Positions 26,729 through 36,874 are shown, counted from the stretch's first letter. The stretch is 64,000 bases of DNA from Nannocystis bainbridge (GCF_028368995.1 NZ_JAQNDL010000003.1:2880001-2944000), one strand, 5' to 3'. The notes: generated by a model not told the origin, from the sequence alone. Made by a program: numbers and translations.

Positions 26729-27224
26729 CGATGTCCGCGTGCAGCGGCGTTGCGCACCGCCGCCGCTTCGCTACCGCCGGGGGCGACCAGACCGGCAACC
26801 ACTTGCACGCCGGTGATGTATCCCGAAGCTCCAGCGCGTCGACTCGAAGTTAATCTCACGACCGGTACGCGGCCAGTCCGACCTCGTGGCCGGATCGGCG
26901 TCGAGCCGTCGGTGAAGGCCCGCGGCCCGTGTGAGCAAGATGCCATGTACGACACCGGCTACCCTGGCGCGACGGCGGGGATGCTCGCGCGGATTTGGTC
27001 CGTGACGTCGAGGCACGGCGACGCGGCGAGCACCTCTCGCCGCGTTCGTCGGCGCCGCCGCGTGGGCGCGTGGACTCGCGGTCATTCGTGCTTCGTCGCG
27101 AGACTCACCGCGTTCGTTCGCTGCGAGACCCTCGCCATCAGCGAGGCTCGCAGCTCGTCGGGCGGCGCGGCCGCCTGCACCGGCGGTAGCGTCGCTCGTG
27201 ACCGGCGGCTATCCTGGGCAACCC

Positions 27225-28412
27225 ATGATGACTAGCAATCTCGAGACTGTTCTTGTGCGTGTGATGGCGAGCCTGGGCCTGATGCTCACGGCCTGTACGA
27301 GCAACGGCGGCGATACTGCCGGCGTGACTGACAGCGGGACCGGCGAGTCCAGCGAGTCCAGCGAGACCGGGACCCAGTCGACCACCGATACGACGGTCAC
27401 GCCCACGAGCACGAGCGGTGAGTCTGTCTCCGGCACCGGCACCTCGACCTCGACCAGCGAGCCGACCACCGAGACGGACAGCGAGACGCAGGGCGTCGAC
27501 CCGACCGAGACTTCGACCACCACGACCGACGGCACGGCGACCGACGGCACCACCACGACCGACGGCACCACCACCACCGAAGGCACCACCACCTCGAGCA
27601 CCACCGACACGACCACGGACACCTCGAGCACCACCGACGCGCCGCCCGACTGCGTGCCGACCGAGCTCGTCGAGGTCTCCTGCGACAACATCGACAACGA
27701 CTGCGACGACAACATCGACAACGTCGACGTCGGCAACGACGGCATCTGCGACTGCCTCAACATCGGCATCCTCGGCGACTCCGGCTTCGCGCCGAGCTCC
27801 AACTTCGAGGCCTGGCTCGAGGACCAGGGCTCCGCGGTCACGCGCACCAAGCTGCTCAACAACCCCGGCGTGGTCACCCCGGCGTTCCTCGCCAACTACG
27901 ACCTCGTGCTGGTCGATCGCATCGAGCGGCCGCTCAGCGCCGACGAGGCCGCCGCGCTCGAGGCGTTCGTCAAGGACGACGGCCGCGGCATGATCACCCT
28001 CATCGGCTACAACTTCGACAACCTCAACCCGGCCCCCGAGCGCGACCGGGCCAACACCGCGCTGGCGCCGTTCGGCCTGGCCTACCAGGGCGGCTACTTC
28101 GGCAACCAGGTCATCCCGACCTTCGACCAGAGCCACCCGATCTCGATGGGCGTCTCCGATGTCAACTTCGCCGGCGGCATCCAGCCGGTCGACATGGAGA
28201 ACCAGGGCACGTCGGAGGTGTTCGCCACCGTGATGGCGTCCAACGCCGGCATCGCCCACCAGACCGACATGGAGGGCGGCCGCGTGGTCGTGTGGGGCGA
28301 CGAGTGGATCACCTTCGACAGCGACTGGCAGGGCTACGCCGACGTCCAGAAGTTCTGGGTCAACATGTTCTCCTGGGCCAAGCCGAAGGACTTCTGCGGC
28401 GCCCCGCAGTGA
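27225..28412 (+). CDS. Thr-rich lipoprotein with Asp/Cys Ca-binding motif and glutamine-amidotransferase-like C-terminal domain
   Basis: LGLMLTA-C lipobox, long T/S linker, CDNIDNDCDDNID motif, GGRVVVWGDEWITFDSDW. Confidence 0.75.
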   Translation: MMTSNLETVLVRVMASLGLMLTACTSNGGDTAGVTDSGTGESSESSETGTQSTTDTTVTPTSTSGESVSGTGTSTSTSEPTTETDSETQGVDPTETSTTTTDGTATDGTTTTDGTTTTEGTTTSSTTDTTTDTSSTTDAPPDCVPTELVEVSCDNIDNDCDDNIDNVDVGNDGICDCLNIGILGDSGFAPSSNFEAWLEDQGSAVTRTKLLNNPGVVTPAFLANYDLVLVDRIERPLSADEAAALEAFVKDDGRGMITLIGYNFDNLNPAPERDRANTALAPFGLAYQGGYFGNQVIPTFDQSHPISMGVSDVNFAGGIQPVDMENQGTSEVFATVMASNAGIAHQTDMEGGRVVVWGDEWITFDSDWQGYADVQKFWVNMFSWAKPKDFCGAPQ

Positions 28413-28531
28413 GCCCCCGCGCCGCGCCACTGGCAGCGCCCGGCTTCATGTGAGATCCGGGCCGCTGCAATCATCACAGCCGCGATCCTTGCAATGTTTA
28501 TTGCCCGCAGCGAATGCGGGCACCGCCGTGC

Positions 28532-31381
28532 TCAGGCCTTTTGGGCCTCGAGCTCCGCGATGAATTTCGCGACCGCTTCCTCGCACGCCAGCCGCGGCGC
28601 CGTCTCGGTCCTGTCCGGTGGCAGCTCGACCGGCTGCCCCAGCTCCCGTAGCGACGCGACGCTCACCTGCATGTCGTCGAACCACGCGTAGCCCCGCCCA
28701 TCGGCCCATGCTTCGCGCAGGCCCGTGTGCGCCAGCGAGGCCGCGAGCTCGCGCTCGCCGAGCGACCGGTGCGCCGTGCCGAGGATCGCCGCGATCCGGC
28801 TGCCATGCCGCGCTGCCGCCTCGTTCGCCGCGGCGATCGCCTCGCGCGCCGCCGCCGGTCGCCCCGTCTCCGCCATGCACACTGCCAGCCACGCATAAGC
28901 GCGCGCCGCGTCGCTGCCGGCGCGCCGCGCCAGTTGCACGGCCGTCGCCAGGTGGGCCTCCGCGCGCTCGTACGCGCCGTCGCCGGCGGCAATGCGCCCG
29001 ACGGTCAGGTTCCACAGCTTCGCCCGCCCCGGCAACCACCGCCGCGTCAACAGGAACGCGGCGTCCTTCAGGTGCGGCTCGGGGTCGTCGTCGGCGGCGA
29101 ACGCGATCATCGCCCGGGCGCAGCGGACCGTGATCGGCTCGTCGGTGCCCAGCGCCTCAAAATCGGCCTCCGCCTCTTTCCAGCGGCCCAGCGCGGCCGC
29201 CAGCTCGCCGCGGGCGCTCAGCACTGGCCGCAGCTCCGCCGACCGGCGGTCGCTCGCTATCAGCAGGCGGTGCGTCTGCGTGTACGTCGCCAGCGCCGCG
29301 CGTGGGAAGTTGCCGGCCGCCAGCAGTCGACCCCATTGGAGCAGGCTGTACGCGAGGTTGGGCGGGAACCGCTGCTCGAGATCGAAGCCGACGCCGAGCT
29401 CCGTCATCGCCATCGCCTCGTCCCGCCGCCCGAGCTCCGCCAGCGCGTCCGCCAGATGGCCGATCTTGCTGGTGCGAGACCCGATCCCCGCCAGCCGCGG
29501 CGGCGCGTGCAAACCGTCGGCGAACAGCGGCACGAGCAGCTCGGCGAGCACCGGCCGCGCGTCGAGCCGGTCGATGAGGGGCGTCATCAAGCGCTGGTCG
29601 AACACCCGCGCGGCGCCCTCCAGATCGTTCACACCGAGCTCGGCGCGGTACAGCTCGAGCGAGCGCCGCAGGTCGGGCACGCCGCTCACGTCATCGGGCT
29701 CGGCGGGCGTGCCCGCGAAGTGCTCACGCAGCAGCTCCGCCACCGCCCGCCGCTCGAACGAGTCGAGCCGCCCCAGCGCGTGCGCGCGCACGATCGGGTG
29801 GATGTCGTGGCGATTGCTCGCGCGATCCCACAAGAGCAACCCACGCGCCTCGAGCAGACACAGATCGGCGTGCACCCCCGCAAAATGCTCGCGCACCCCG
29901 GGCAGCCGCGCGTACTTTTTCGCGAGCGCGCGGTGGACCTCCCACGCGGCGCACCGCGCCCGCAGCCGCTCGCAGCGGTCCTGCAGCGCCTTTCTGCGCC
30001 AGCGGTCGCTCGCCTTGGCCAGCTCGCGCTCGGCCTCCGCCAATTCGTCGTGCGGCGGCGGCAGCGGCCGGCGCAGCCCCAGCGGCGGCTTCGAGAGCGT
30101 GAGCACATCGTCGATGTCCGCCGCGAACTCGAGCGAGGCCAGTCGGCTCAAGAGCTGCTCGGCCCGCTCCGGCAACGCATCGAAGGCCTCCTCGAGGATG
30201 CGCTCCTGCACCCCCTCCTCGTCGTCGTCCTCGTCCTCGTCATCCTCGCCGCCGACGATCCGCCCCAGCGCCTCGGGCTCCTCGCGCAGCACCCCCGCCA
30301 GCGCGCGCCACAGCAGCACGTGGTGGCCGCTCCTCGCCATCGCCTGCATCGCCGGCGCCACCCACTCGGCTGCTGCATCGACCCCGAGTTCGGCCAGCAG
30401 CGCCATGACCTCCGCCTCCTCGAGACCTTCGAGGTCACACACCTCGATCCCCGGCGCCGGCCCCTCGCCATTCTTTTTCTCTTTTAAGAAATCACTCGGC
30501 AGCACCCGGCTCGTCGCCAGCAGGCGCGACGGCCCCTGCGTCAGCGCGCGCACGAACGCCCCGTCGCGCGGATCGACGAACGACCGCAGATCGATCTCTT
30601 CTGCTTCCGCATCCGGCAGGCGATGGTGGGCGACCAGGGCGCGCTCGAGTCCATCGACCACCAGCAAGAACGGCCGCGTCCGCAGGACCTCCAGCACCGC
30701 CGCCTCGAGCTCCGGACGCAGCCCGTAGTACGCCTCTGCCGGCGACACCCCGGCCGCATACACCGCGAGATGGCGGACCAGATCGTCGATCGACGATCCG
30801 GGCTGATACAGGCTGTAGCCGAGGCACCCGCTCCACTCTCCCAGCGGCAGCCGCCGCTCGAGCCACGCCCACACCAGCGAGCTCTTGCCCGCGCCCCCGC
30901 GCGCCGTCATCACCCGCACTGGCGGCCCGCTCGCCAGCCACGCGTCGAGCCCCGCGAACGCATCGGCGCGCCCGATCAGCGAACGCGGCGCGAACCACCG
31001 GTGAAGCAAGTACGGCGTCGGCGCGGCCGGCGTGACGAACAGGCTGCGCACCCGGTCCCACGCTTCCGCGTCGTCCTCGTCCGCGTCCTCCGCGAACAGC
31101 CGCAGCTCCGCGTACGCGCTCGGCCCGAGCGCTGCCGGCGGCGCGTCCTCCAGGTGCACGTCGGCCGGGCTCTCCGCGTCGCCGACGCGCACGAGCAGCA
31201 GCTCGCCCGCATCATCTGTCCCCGAGGACATGTCCTGCGGGACAAGCCCTGCCCGCCACGCCGCATCGATCACCGCCGCGCGCGCGGGCTCGGGCGCGTG
31301 AACGACGACTCGCCGACGGCTTCGCACCCTCGCAGGATCGCAGGACCCCCTCGTCGCCACAAGCGCCCGCCGGAGCGTCAT
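28532..31381 (-). CDS. STAND/AAA ATPase with C-terminal TPR-like helices
   Basis: LIGRAD…LDAWL, Walker A ARGGAGKSS, Walker B LLVVDGLE, LATSR sensor, IHPIVR motif, helical repeats. Start uncertain. Confidence 0.75.
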   Translation of the reverse strand: MTLRRALVATRGSCDPARVRSRRRVVVHAPEPARAAVIDAAWRAGLVPQDMSSGTDDAGELLLVRVGDAESPADVHLEDAPPAALGPSAYAELRLFAEDADEDDAEAWDRVRSLFVTPAAPTPYLLHRWFAPRSLIGRADAFAGLDAWLASGPPVRVMTARGGAGKSSLVWAWLERRLPLGEWSGCLGYSLYQPGSSIDDLVRHLAVYAAGVSPAEAYYGLRPELEAAVLEVLRTRPFLLVVDGLERALVAHHRLPDAEAEEIDLRSFVDPRDGAFVRALTQGPSRLLATSRVLPSDFLKEKKNGEGPAPGIEVCDLEGLEEAEVMALLAELGVDAAAEWVAPAMQAMARSGHHVLLWRALAGVLREEPEALGRIVGGEDDEDEDDDEEGVQERILEEAFDALPERAEQLLSRLASLEFAADIDDVLTLSKPPLGLRRPLPPPHDELAEAERELAKASDRWRRKALQDRCERLRARCAAWEVHRALAKKYARLPGVREHFAGVHADLCLLEARGLLLWDRASNRHDIHPIVRAHALGRLDSFERRAVAELLREHFAGTPAEPDDVSGVPDLRRSLELYRAELGVNDLEGAARVFDQRLMTPLIDRLDARPVLAELLVPLFADGLHAPPRLAGIGSRTSKIGHLADALAELGRRDEAMAMTELGVGFDLEQRFPPNLAYSLLQWGRLLAAGNFPRAALATYTQTHRLLIASDRRSAELRPVLSARGELAAALGRWKEAEADFEALGTDEPITVRCARAMIAFAADDDPEPHLKDAAFLLTRRWLPGRAKLWNLTVGRIAAGDGAYERAEAHLATAVQLARRAGSDAARAYAWLAVCMAETGRPAAAREAIAAANEAAARHGSRIAAILGTAHRSLGERELAASLAHTGLREAWADGRGYAWFDDMQVSVASLRELGQPVELPPDRTETAPRLACEEAVAKFIAELEAQKA
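31217..31244. repeat. Two abutting TGTCC-N4-GGACA palindromes within a CDS
   Basis: TGTCCccgaGGACA TGTCCtgcgGGACA. Confidence 0.85.
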
Positions 31382-31654
31382 GTCTCAGTTGTCTCAGCCT
31401 ATCTCACGCCACCAGGCGCTGCTCGATCGCCGCCAGCGTGAAGCCCTGGTCGAGCAGCGCCCGCACCTGCTTCGCCTGCGCCTGCGCCTCCGGGCTCCAC
31501 AGGGCCGCCTTTCCGCGCCGGCCCTGCGCGGGCGCGGGGATCAGGCCGCGATCGATGTAGCGGTAGAGCGTCGCCCGACCGCAGCCCAGCGCCTGCAGCA
31601 TCGTCTCGACCGGGACCGCCGCCTGCTCGGCCCCTGGCTGAGACATCTGAGACA
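31381..31654. repeat. 19-bp inverted repeats (31381-31399 / 31636-31654) bracketing the MerR-like HTH coding segment
   Basis: TGTCTCAGTTGTCTCAGCC versus the reverse complement TGTCTCAGATGTCTCAGCC (18/19). Confidence 0.85.
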
Positions 31655-32228
31655 CCATCAGGTCGACCAGCCGGTGCAGGAACGCCTCGTCGATCGGCGT
31701 GTGCTCGAAGAACAGCCACCAGTTGAGCGCCGCCCCCAGCACCTCGAACATCAGCGCCGGCCCGGCGCCCGCGGCGATCTCTCCGCGGGCCCGGGCGGCC
31801 GTCAGCACCTCCCGCGGCACCGGCGCGAACGCCTCGCGCAGCGATCGCACGATCGCCAGCAGCTCCGCGTCGTCGCCCTCGGCCACGAAGATGCGGAACA
31901 GCCCGCGGTACTCGGGGTGGGCCGCCAGCGCGGCGTTGCGGCGCGCCACCGCCAGCAGGTCGGTGCGCAGCGAGCCCGTGCGCGGCGACGTGAACACCTG
32001 CGCGGTGATCGACAGCAGCGCGTCGCGCAGCAGCGCCTGCTTGGTCGGCCAGCGGCGGTACACCGTCGTCTTGTTGACCCCGGCCCGGGCCGCGACCTCG
32101 TCGATGCGCAGCCCGTGGTAGCCCGCGCGTCCGACCTCGCCCAGCGCGGCCGCGAGCACCTTGCGCACCACCGCCTCACCGCGCGCCCGCGGCTGCGCCC
32201 GTCGCCTCGCCTGGACCTTCGCGCTCAT
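31404..32228 (-). CDS. TetR family regulator fused to a C-terminal MerR/excisionase-like HTH
   Basis: TetR HTH (IDEVAARAGVNKTTVYRRWPTK), TGSLRTDL ligand domain, then ALGCGRATLYRYIDRGLIPAP…VRALLDQGFTLAAI. Confidence 0.85.
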   Translation of the reverse strand: MSAKVQARRRAQPRARGEAVVRKVLAAALGEVGRAGYHGLRIDEVAARAGVNKTTVYRRWPTKQALLRDALLSITAQVFTSPRTGSLRTDLLAVARRNAALAAHPEYRGLFRIFVAEGDDAELLAIVRSLREAFAPVPREVLTAARARGEIAAGAGPALMFEVLGAALNWWLFFEHTPIDEAFLHRLVDLMVSQMSQPGAEQAAVPVETMLQALGCGRATLYRYIDRGLIPAPAQGRRGKAALWSPEAQAQAKQVRALLDQGFTLAAIEQRLVA

Positions 32229-32464
32229 CGGGGCTCGCCTGCGAGCGTAGCTCGAGGCCCGGCAATTTCGCAACGACTCGTTGCGATCGCCAGGACGATG
32301 TGCCACCTTCCGGGCAACGGACGGTTGCGATCTGCCGCTGTCCGCAGGCAGCCCCGCGCTGCGAGGAGCCCCGAGCCGATGCATCGTCGCCCATTCAACG
32401 CCAGCCCTGCTGCCGCGGTACGCACTCTCACCGGGCCCGGCGCGGGCCACGAGCGGGGTCGACC

Positions 32465-33802
32465 ATGAAGGCGCCCGGCCCCGGTCTGTTTCAGTTCATC
32501 CGCGGCGTCAAGCAGCGCGGCTTCCTCGAGTTCGCCGGCAAGCAGTGGCGCGAGCACGGCGACGTGTTCAAGGTCGACATCGGCCGGCGCACGCTGATGT
32601 TCGTCATGCACCCCGACGCGGTCGAGCGGGTCAACCTGTCGCACCGGCAGAACTACGACAAGCGCGCCAGCTACGACTCCGTGCGCAAGTACCTGATCGG
32701 CGACGGCCTCGTCACCAGCTCCGGCGAGCTGTGGCGGCGGCAACGCAAGCTGATGGCGCCGTTCTTCACGCCGAAGGGCATCCAGACCTACGCCGACCTG
32801 ATGATCCGCGACACCGCTCGCCTGGTCGAGCGCTGGCAGGGCCTGGCCGCCGCCGGCACCGAGGTCGAGATCGCCGAGGAGATGACCTTCATCACCGCCT
32901 CGATCATCCTCAAGGCGATGTTCAGCACCGAGACGATGGAGTCGATCCATCAGATGAAGGACGCCGTCGGGACGATGATCTCGTTCACCGACACCAAGAT
33001 GACCGGCGTGCACCTGCCCCTGTGGGTGCCGACCAGCAGGAACCGCAAGTACCTCGCCGCGCGCGAGCTGGTCAATCGATCGATCACCAGCCTCATCGCC
33101 CAGCGCCGCGCCACCGACGAGGCCAATTGGCCCGACGACCTGCTGTCGCGCCTGATGAAGGCCCGCGACGAAGAGACCGGTCAGCCGATGTCCGAGTCGC
33201 TGCTGCGCGACGAGTCGATCACCGCCTTCTTCGCCGGCCACGAGACCACCGCGCGCACCATGACCTTCACCTGGTACGCGCTGGCGGCCAACCCGAAGGT
33301 GACCGAGCGGCTTCACGAGGAGATCGATCGCGTGCTCGGCGATCGCCCGCTCGCGGCCGAGGACCTGCGCCAGCTCCCGTACGCGCTGCAGGTCGTCAAA
33401 GAGGTGCTGCGGCTGTATCCGGCGGCGCCGTTCTACGTGCGCGACGCGGTCGCCGGCGACAAGATCGGCGGCTTCGACGTGCCCGCGGGCGCGGCGGTGA
33501 TGCTTTCGCCGTACTACACGCACCGGCACCCGCAGTTCTGGGACGACCCCGAGGCGTTCGACCCCGACCGCTGGACCCGCGAGCGCGAGAAGGCCCGCCA
33601 CGACCACGCTTACCACCCGTTCGCCGCCGGCCCGCGGGTCTGCATCGGCAACAACTTCTCGCTGCTCGAGAGCCACGTGCTGCTGGTGATGCTGGCCCAG
33701 CGCTTCACCCCCAGGCTGCGCCCCGGCTACGTGCCGCAGTGGATCATGGAGGGCACGCTCGGCCTCGGCAACGGCTTGCCGATGACGATCGCCGCCCGCT
33801 GA
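32465..33802 (+). CDS. Cytochrome P450
   Basis: AGHETT (I-helix), EVLR (K-helix), FDPDRW, haem ligand motif FAAGPRVCIG. Confidence 0.96.
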   Translation: MKAPGPGLFQFIRGVKQRGFLEFAGKQWREHGDVFKVDIGRRTLMFVMHPDAVERVNLSHRQNYDKRASYDSVRKYLIGDGLVTSSGELWRRQRKLMAPFFTPKGIQTYADLMIRDTARLVERWQGLAAAGTEVEIAEEMTFITASIILKAMFSTETMESIHQMKDAVGTMISFTDTKMTGVHLPLWVPTSRNRKYLAARELVNRSITSLIAQRRATDEANWPDDLLSRLMKARDEETGQPMSESLLRDESITAFFAGHETTARTMTFTWYALAANPKVTERLHEEIDRVLGDRPLAAEDLRQLPYALQVVKEVLRLYPAAPFYVRDAVAGDKIGGFDVPAGAAVMLSPYYTHRHPQFWDDPEAFDPDRWTREREKARHDHAYHPFAAGPRVCIGNNFSLLESHVLLVMLAQRFTPRLRPGYVPQWIMEGTLGLGNGLPMTIAAR

Positions 33803-33852
33803 GCCGCGTCAGATCGGGCGCATCCTCGGTTAACTTCCCGGGTGGAGCTGCC

Positions 33853-34761
33853 ATGAGCCAATTCCACCCCGACCTGGCCTTCGTCGCGCGCCTGCTGCCC
33901 CGCTTCGCCTTCGGCCCGCGCATTATTAAACTGTCGCGCCTGTTCGCGCGCGAGGCCGGCCCGCCGCGCAGCACCCCGGGCATCGACGCCTCCCTGCGGG
34001 CGATCCCCGGCGGCGGCACGGCCCGCGTGTTCACGCCCACCGGCATCACCGCGCCCACACCGGCCATGCTGTGGGTCCACGGCGGCGGCTTCATCGTCGG
34101 CTCGCCGGCGCAGGACGACGCGGTGGCGACGATGTTCGCGCGCGAGCTCGGGATCACCGTCGTCGCGCCCTCGTATCGCCTCGCGCCCGAGCACCCGTTC
34201 CCGGCCGCGATCGACGATCTGTTCGCCGCGCTCACCTGGCTGCACGCCAGCGCCGACGCGCTGCGCGTGCGGCCGGACCGGATCGTCGTCGCGGGCGCCA
34301 GCGCCGGCGGCGGGCTCGCGGCCGGCCTCACCCTGCTGGCGCGCGACCGCCAGGTCCCGGTCGCCTTCCAGCACCTCGTCTATCCGATGCTCGACGATCG
34401 CACCGTCGGCAGGACGATCGACGGCGCCAACCATCGCATCTGGACGGCCAGGAGCAACCGCTTCGGCTGGACGTCCTACCTCGGCCGCGAGCCGGACACC
34501 GACGACTTGCCGATCTACGCCGCACCCGCGCGCGCCGAATCCCTCGCCGGCCTGCCGCCGACGTGGATCGGCGTCGGCACCTTCGACCTGTTCCACGACG
34601 AGGACGTCGCCTACGCCCGCCGCCTCGCCGCCGCCGGCGTGCCCGTCGAGCTCGAGGTCGTGCCCGGGGTGTTCCACGCCTTTGACCGCTTCGCCCGCGC
34701 GGGCGTGGCCAAATCGTTCGCCGCCAAGCAGGTCGCCGCGCTCCGCCGCGCCCTCGCGTGA
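33853..34761 (+). CDS. Alpha/beta hydrolase, HSL (esterase family IV)
   Basis: HGGGF, YRLAPEHPFPAA, GASAGG, FHAF. Confidence 0.93.
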   Translation: MSQFHPDLAFVARLLPRFAFGPRIIKLSRLFAREAGPPRSTPGIDASLRAIPGGGTARVFTPTGITAPTPAMLWVHGGGFIVGSPAQDDAVATMFARELGITVVAPSYRLAPEHPFPAAIDDLFAALTWLHASADALRVRPDRIVVAGASAGGGLAAGLTLLARDRQVPVAFQHLVYPMLDDRTVGRTIDGANHRIWTARSNRFGWTSYLGREPDTDDLPIYAAPARAESLAGLPPTWIGVGTFDLFHDEDVAYARRLAAAGVPVELEVVPGVFHAFDRFARAGVAKSFAAKQVAALRRALA

Positions 34762-34766
34762 GTTCA

Positions 34767-34808
34767 TGTCCTGACGGACATGTTTATAATGACATGTCCT
34801 GATGAACA
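34767..34808. repeat. Three abutting 14-bp TGTCC-N4-GGACA-type units in a convergent intergenic region
   Basis: TGTCCtgacGGACA TGTTTataaTGACA TGTCCtgatGAACA. Confidence 0.85.
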
Positions 34809-34820
34809 CATCATTCGCGC

Positions 34821-35927
34821 TCACCACTTCGGCGAAGTCAGCGCGATCGGCAGCACCGCGACGCGCCGCAGGGTCGCCCCGACCTCCCACACGCGCCCCA
34901 CGATCTTCGCGTTCACGTCCTCGACCGTCACCCAGTGCAGCCGATCCGCGTGCATGAACGCGAGGGCCGGCAGCGGCAGCGAGAACGGCAGCCCGCACTG
35001 ATGATCGCGCAGCAAGAACGAGTCCGGCCACGCGCGATCGGCCCTGGCCACCAGCGCCTGCCCCGAGCCGTCGGCCAGCTCGCGCACCACCGACAGCTGC
35101 GCGCTCTTCACACTGCGCCCGTGCTCCACCGCATGCAGCACGTGCAGCGGCTCGCTCCCGTCGGCGAGCGTCACCCGCACCGCCCGCCACCGCCGCTTGC
35201 GCAGCGCCGCGATCTGCTTGTCGAACAAGGAGCGATCGATCGGCGCCGCCGCGTCCGTCACCGGGATCATCGCCCCCGGCTCGTCGAAGTCCTTGTCCGG
35301 GTCCTGACACACCGCGTCGACGCGGACCTCGAACTGCATCGCCACGGGCGTCGGCGGGCGATGCCGGCGATGAAACGCGAACACGAAGTCGAGCGGCGGT
35401 CCGCCATCCACCATGTACTTCGCGGCCGCCCCGGCGCCGAGTGCCTCGTCGCACCGCAGCGGCGCCTCGGTGACGATCGCCACCGCCTTCACGCACGTCT
35501 CCTCGCTCTCGTCGGAGGTCACCGCCTCCGGCGCTGACAGCCCCGCGCCGCAGTATTCGAACGATTTGCCGGCCGCCGCGCGCACCGCCCCGCCGGCGTT
35601 CGTCATCACCCACAGCGGCTCGCCCTCGCGCCAGCCTTCGACCTCGGGCCCGACGACGAACGGCCCCTCGTCAGGCTGGTCCTGTCGACAGCGGCCGAAC
35701 GCGAGCTTCGACAGATCGAACTCGACCAGCTCCGCCGGATCGGCCGGCACCCGCGCAGGCACGACGGCGACCTCCGGCTCGCTCGCAACCGCAGTCGGCG
35801 GCGGCGGGGACTCGCGCGGCGCCGGCACCTTCGGCGCCGCTCGCGGCGTGCACGCCAACATCACGCACACGAGCGCATGCCGCGGACCGAACTCGAACAC
35901 CCTGCCTTCGCGTCGCCGCCTCATCAT
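34821..35927 (-). CDS. Hypothetical lipoprotein
   Basis: Distal part of ORF 34821-36839; RHALVCVMLA-C lipobox and Pro-rich linker. Start 35927 or 35900. Confidence 0.6.
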   Translation of the reverse strand: MMRRRREGRVFEFGPRHALVCVMLACTPRAAPKVPAPRESPPPPTAVASEPEVAVVPARVPADPAELVEFDLSKLAFGRCRQDQPDEGPFVVGPEVEGWREGEPLWVMTNAGGAVRAAAGKSFEYCGAGLSAPEAVTSDESEETCVKAVAIVTEAPLRCDEALGAGAAAKYMVDGGPPLDFVFAFHRRHRPPTPVAMQFEVRVDAVCQDPDKDFDEPGAMIPVTDAAAPIDRSLFDKQIAALRKRRWRAVRVTLADGSEPLHVLHAVEHGRSVKSAQLSVVRELADGSGQALVARADRAWPDSFLLRDHQCGLPFSLPLPALAFMHADRLHWVTVEDVNAKIVGRVWEVGATLRRVAVLPIALTSPKW

Positions 35928-35944
35928 GCGCCCTGTCCTCGGCG

Positions 35945-36874
35945 TCAGCGCGAGGCCGTGATCGGGAAGTTCTGATCGACGCAAGGCGCCCCCAGCATGC
36001 CGTTGAAGCACGAGCACTGAGCGCCCGTGAACGTCAGTCGATACGTCCCCGACCACGTGTCCTTGTCGACGAACTCGCCCTCGACCGCGTACGTCTCGGT
36101 GCACCCGCCCGCGATCGACGCCTCGTTGGCGAAATCGCCGTCGGGGCACATCGTCGGCTCGCCCGCCATGGCGATCGGGTTCGAAGGGCTCGACACGATC
36201 GTCGCCCCGTCGCCAGAGAACGTGAACGCCGAGATGTTGACCGACACCAGCCCGGCGCAGCACGTGTAGCTGACCGGCGCGCCCTCGATCGTGTAGAGCC
36301 CGTCTGGGTCGCACGCCTCCACCGCGCACGCTCCGTCGCAGCCGTCGCCCGCGTCGAGGTTGCCGTCGTCGCACGCCTCGCCCGCGTCGAGGTTGCCGTC
36401 GCCGCACGCGCTGCAGCCCTGAGTGTCGAACTCGCACGCCTCGGTGCACCCGAGCTCGCCGCCGTCGAAGCCCTGCGATTGACACGAAGCGCCGCCGAGT
36501 TGGTCGCCGTCGCACGACTCGTCGGCGTCGAGGACCCCGTCCCCACACGCGAGCGGCGGCCGCCCGGTCGTCGTGCTGTCGACGCCCGTCGTCGTCGTCG
36601 TGCTCGTCGTGCTCGTCGTCGAGGTCACCGGCTCGCCCGTCGTCGGCTCCGCCGTCGTGCTGGTCGAGGTCGAGGTCGTGCCCGGCTCCGTCGTCGTGCT
36701 CGTCGTCGGCGTGCCCGTCGTCGGCGTGCCCGTCGTGCCCGTGCTCGTGCTCGTGCTCGTCTCCGTCGCATTGCCGCTGTCGGTCGTCGCGCCCGGGTCG
36801 TCCCCGCCGCAACCGATCACCAGCAACCCCGCCAACCACCCCGCCCGACCCAGACCTCGCGCAAGCTCGTTCAT
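35945..36874 (-). CDS. Thr-rich lipoprotein with Myxococcus Cys-rich (DUF4215-type) repeats
   Basis: WLAGLLVIG-C lipobox; CGDGVLDADESCDG and CGDGNLDAGEACDDGN…GDGC. Confidence 0.85.
   Translation of the reverse strand: MNELARGLGRAGWLAGLLVIGCGGDDPGATTDSGNATETSTSTSTGTTGTPTTGTPTTSTTTEPGTTSTSTSTTAEPTTGEPVTSTTSTTSTTTTTGVDSTTTGRPPLACGDGVLDADESCDGDQLGGASCQSQGFDGGELGCTEACEFDTQGCSACGDGNLDAGEACDDGNLDAGDGCDGACAVEACDPDGLYTIEGAPVSYTCCAGLVSVNISAFTFSGDGATIVSSPSNPIAMAGEPTMCPDGDFANEASIAGGCTETYAVEGEFVDKDTWSGTYRLTFTGAQCSCFNGMLGAPCVDQNFPITASR

Noticed and set aside
26730-27200. Long intergenic region as a possible ncRNA or small gene
   Set aside because: No tRNA, riboswitch or convincing ORF signature could be supported by eye.
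31226-31235. GGACATGTCC matches the eukaryotic p53 half-site
   Set aside because: It is simply the junction of two abutting 14-bp units in bacterial DNA; coincidental.
32281-34761. 826-aa ORF suggesting a large hydrolase fusion
   Set aside because: The 5' part is an off-frame overlap of the P450; the real hydrolase starts at 33853 after GGAG.
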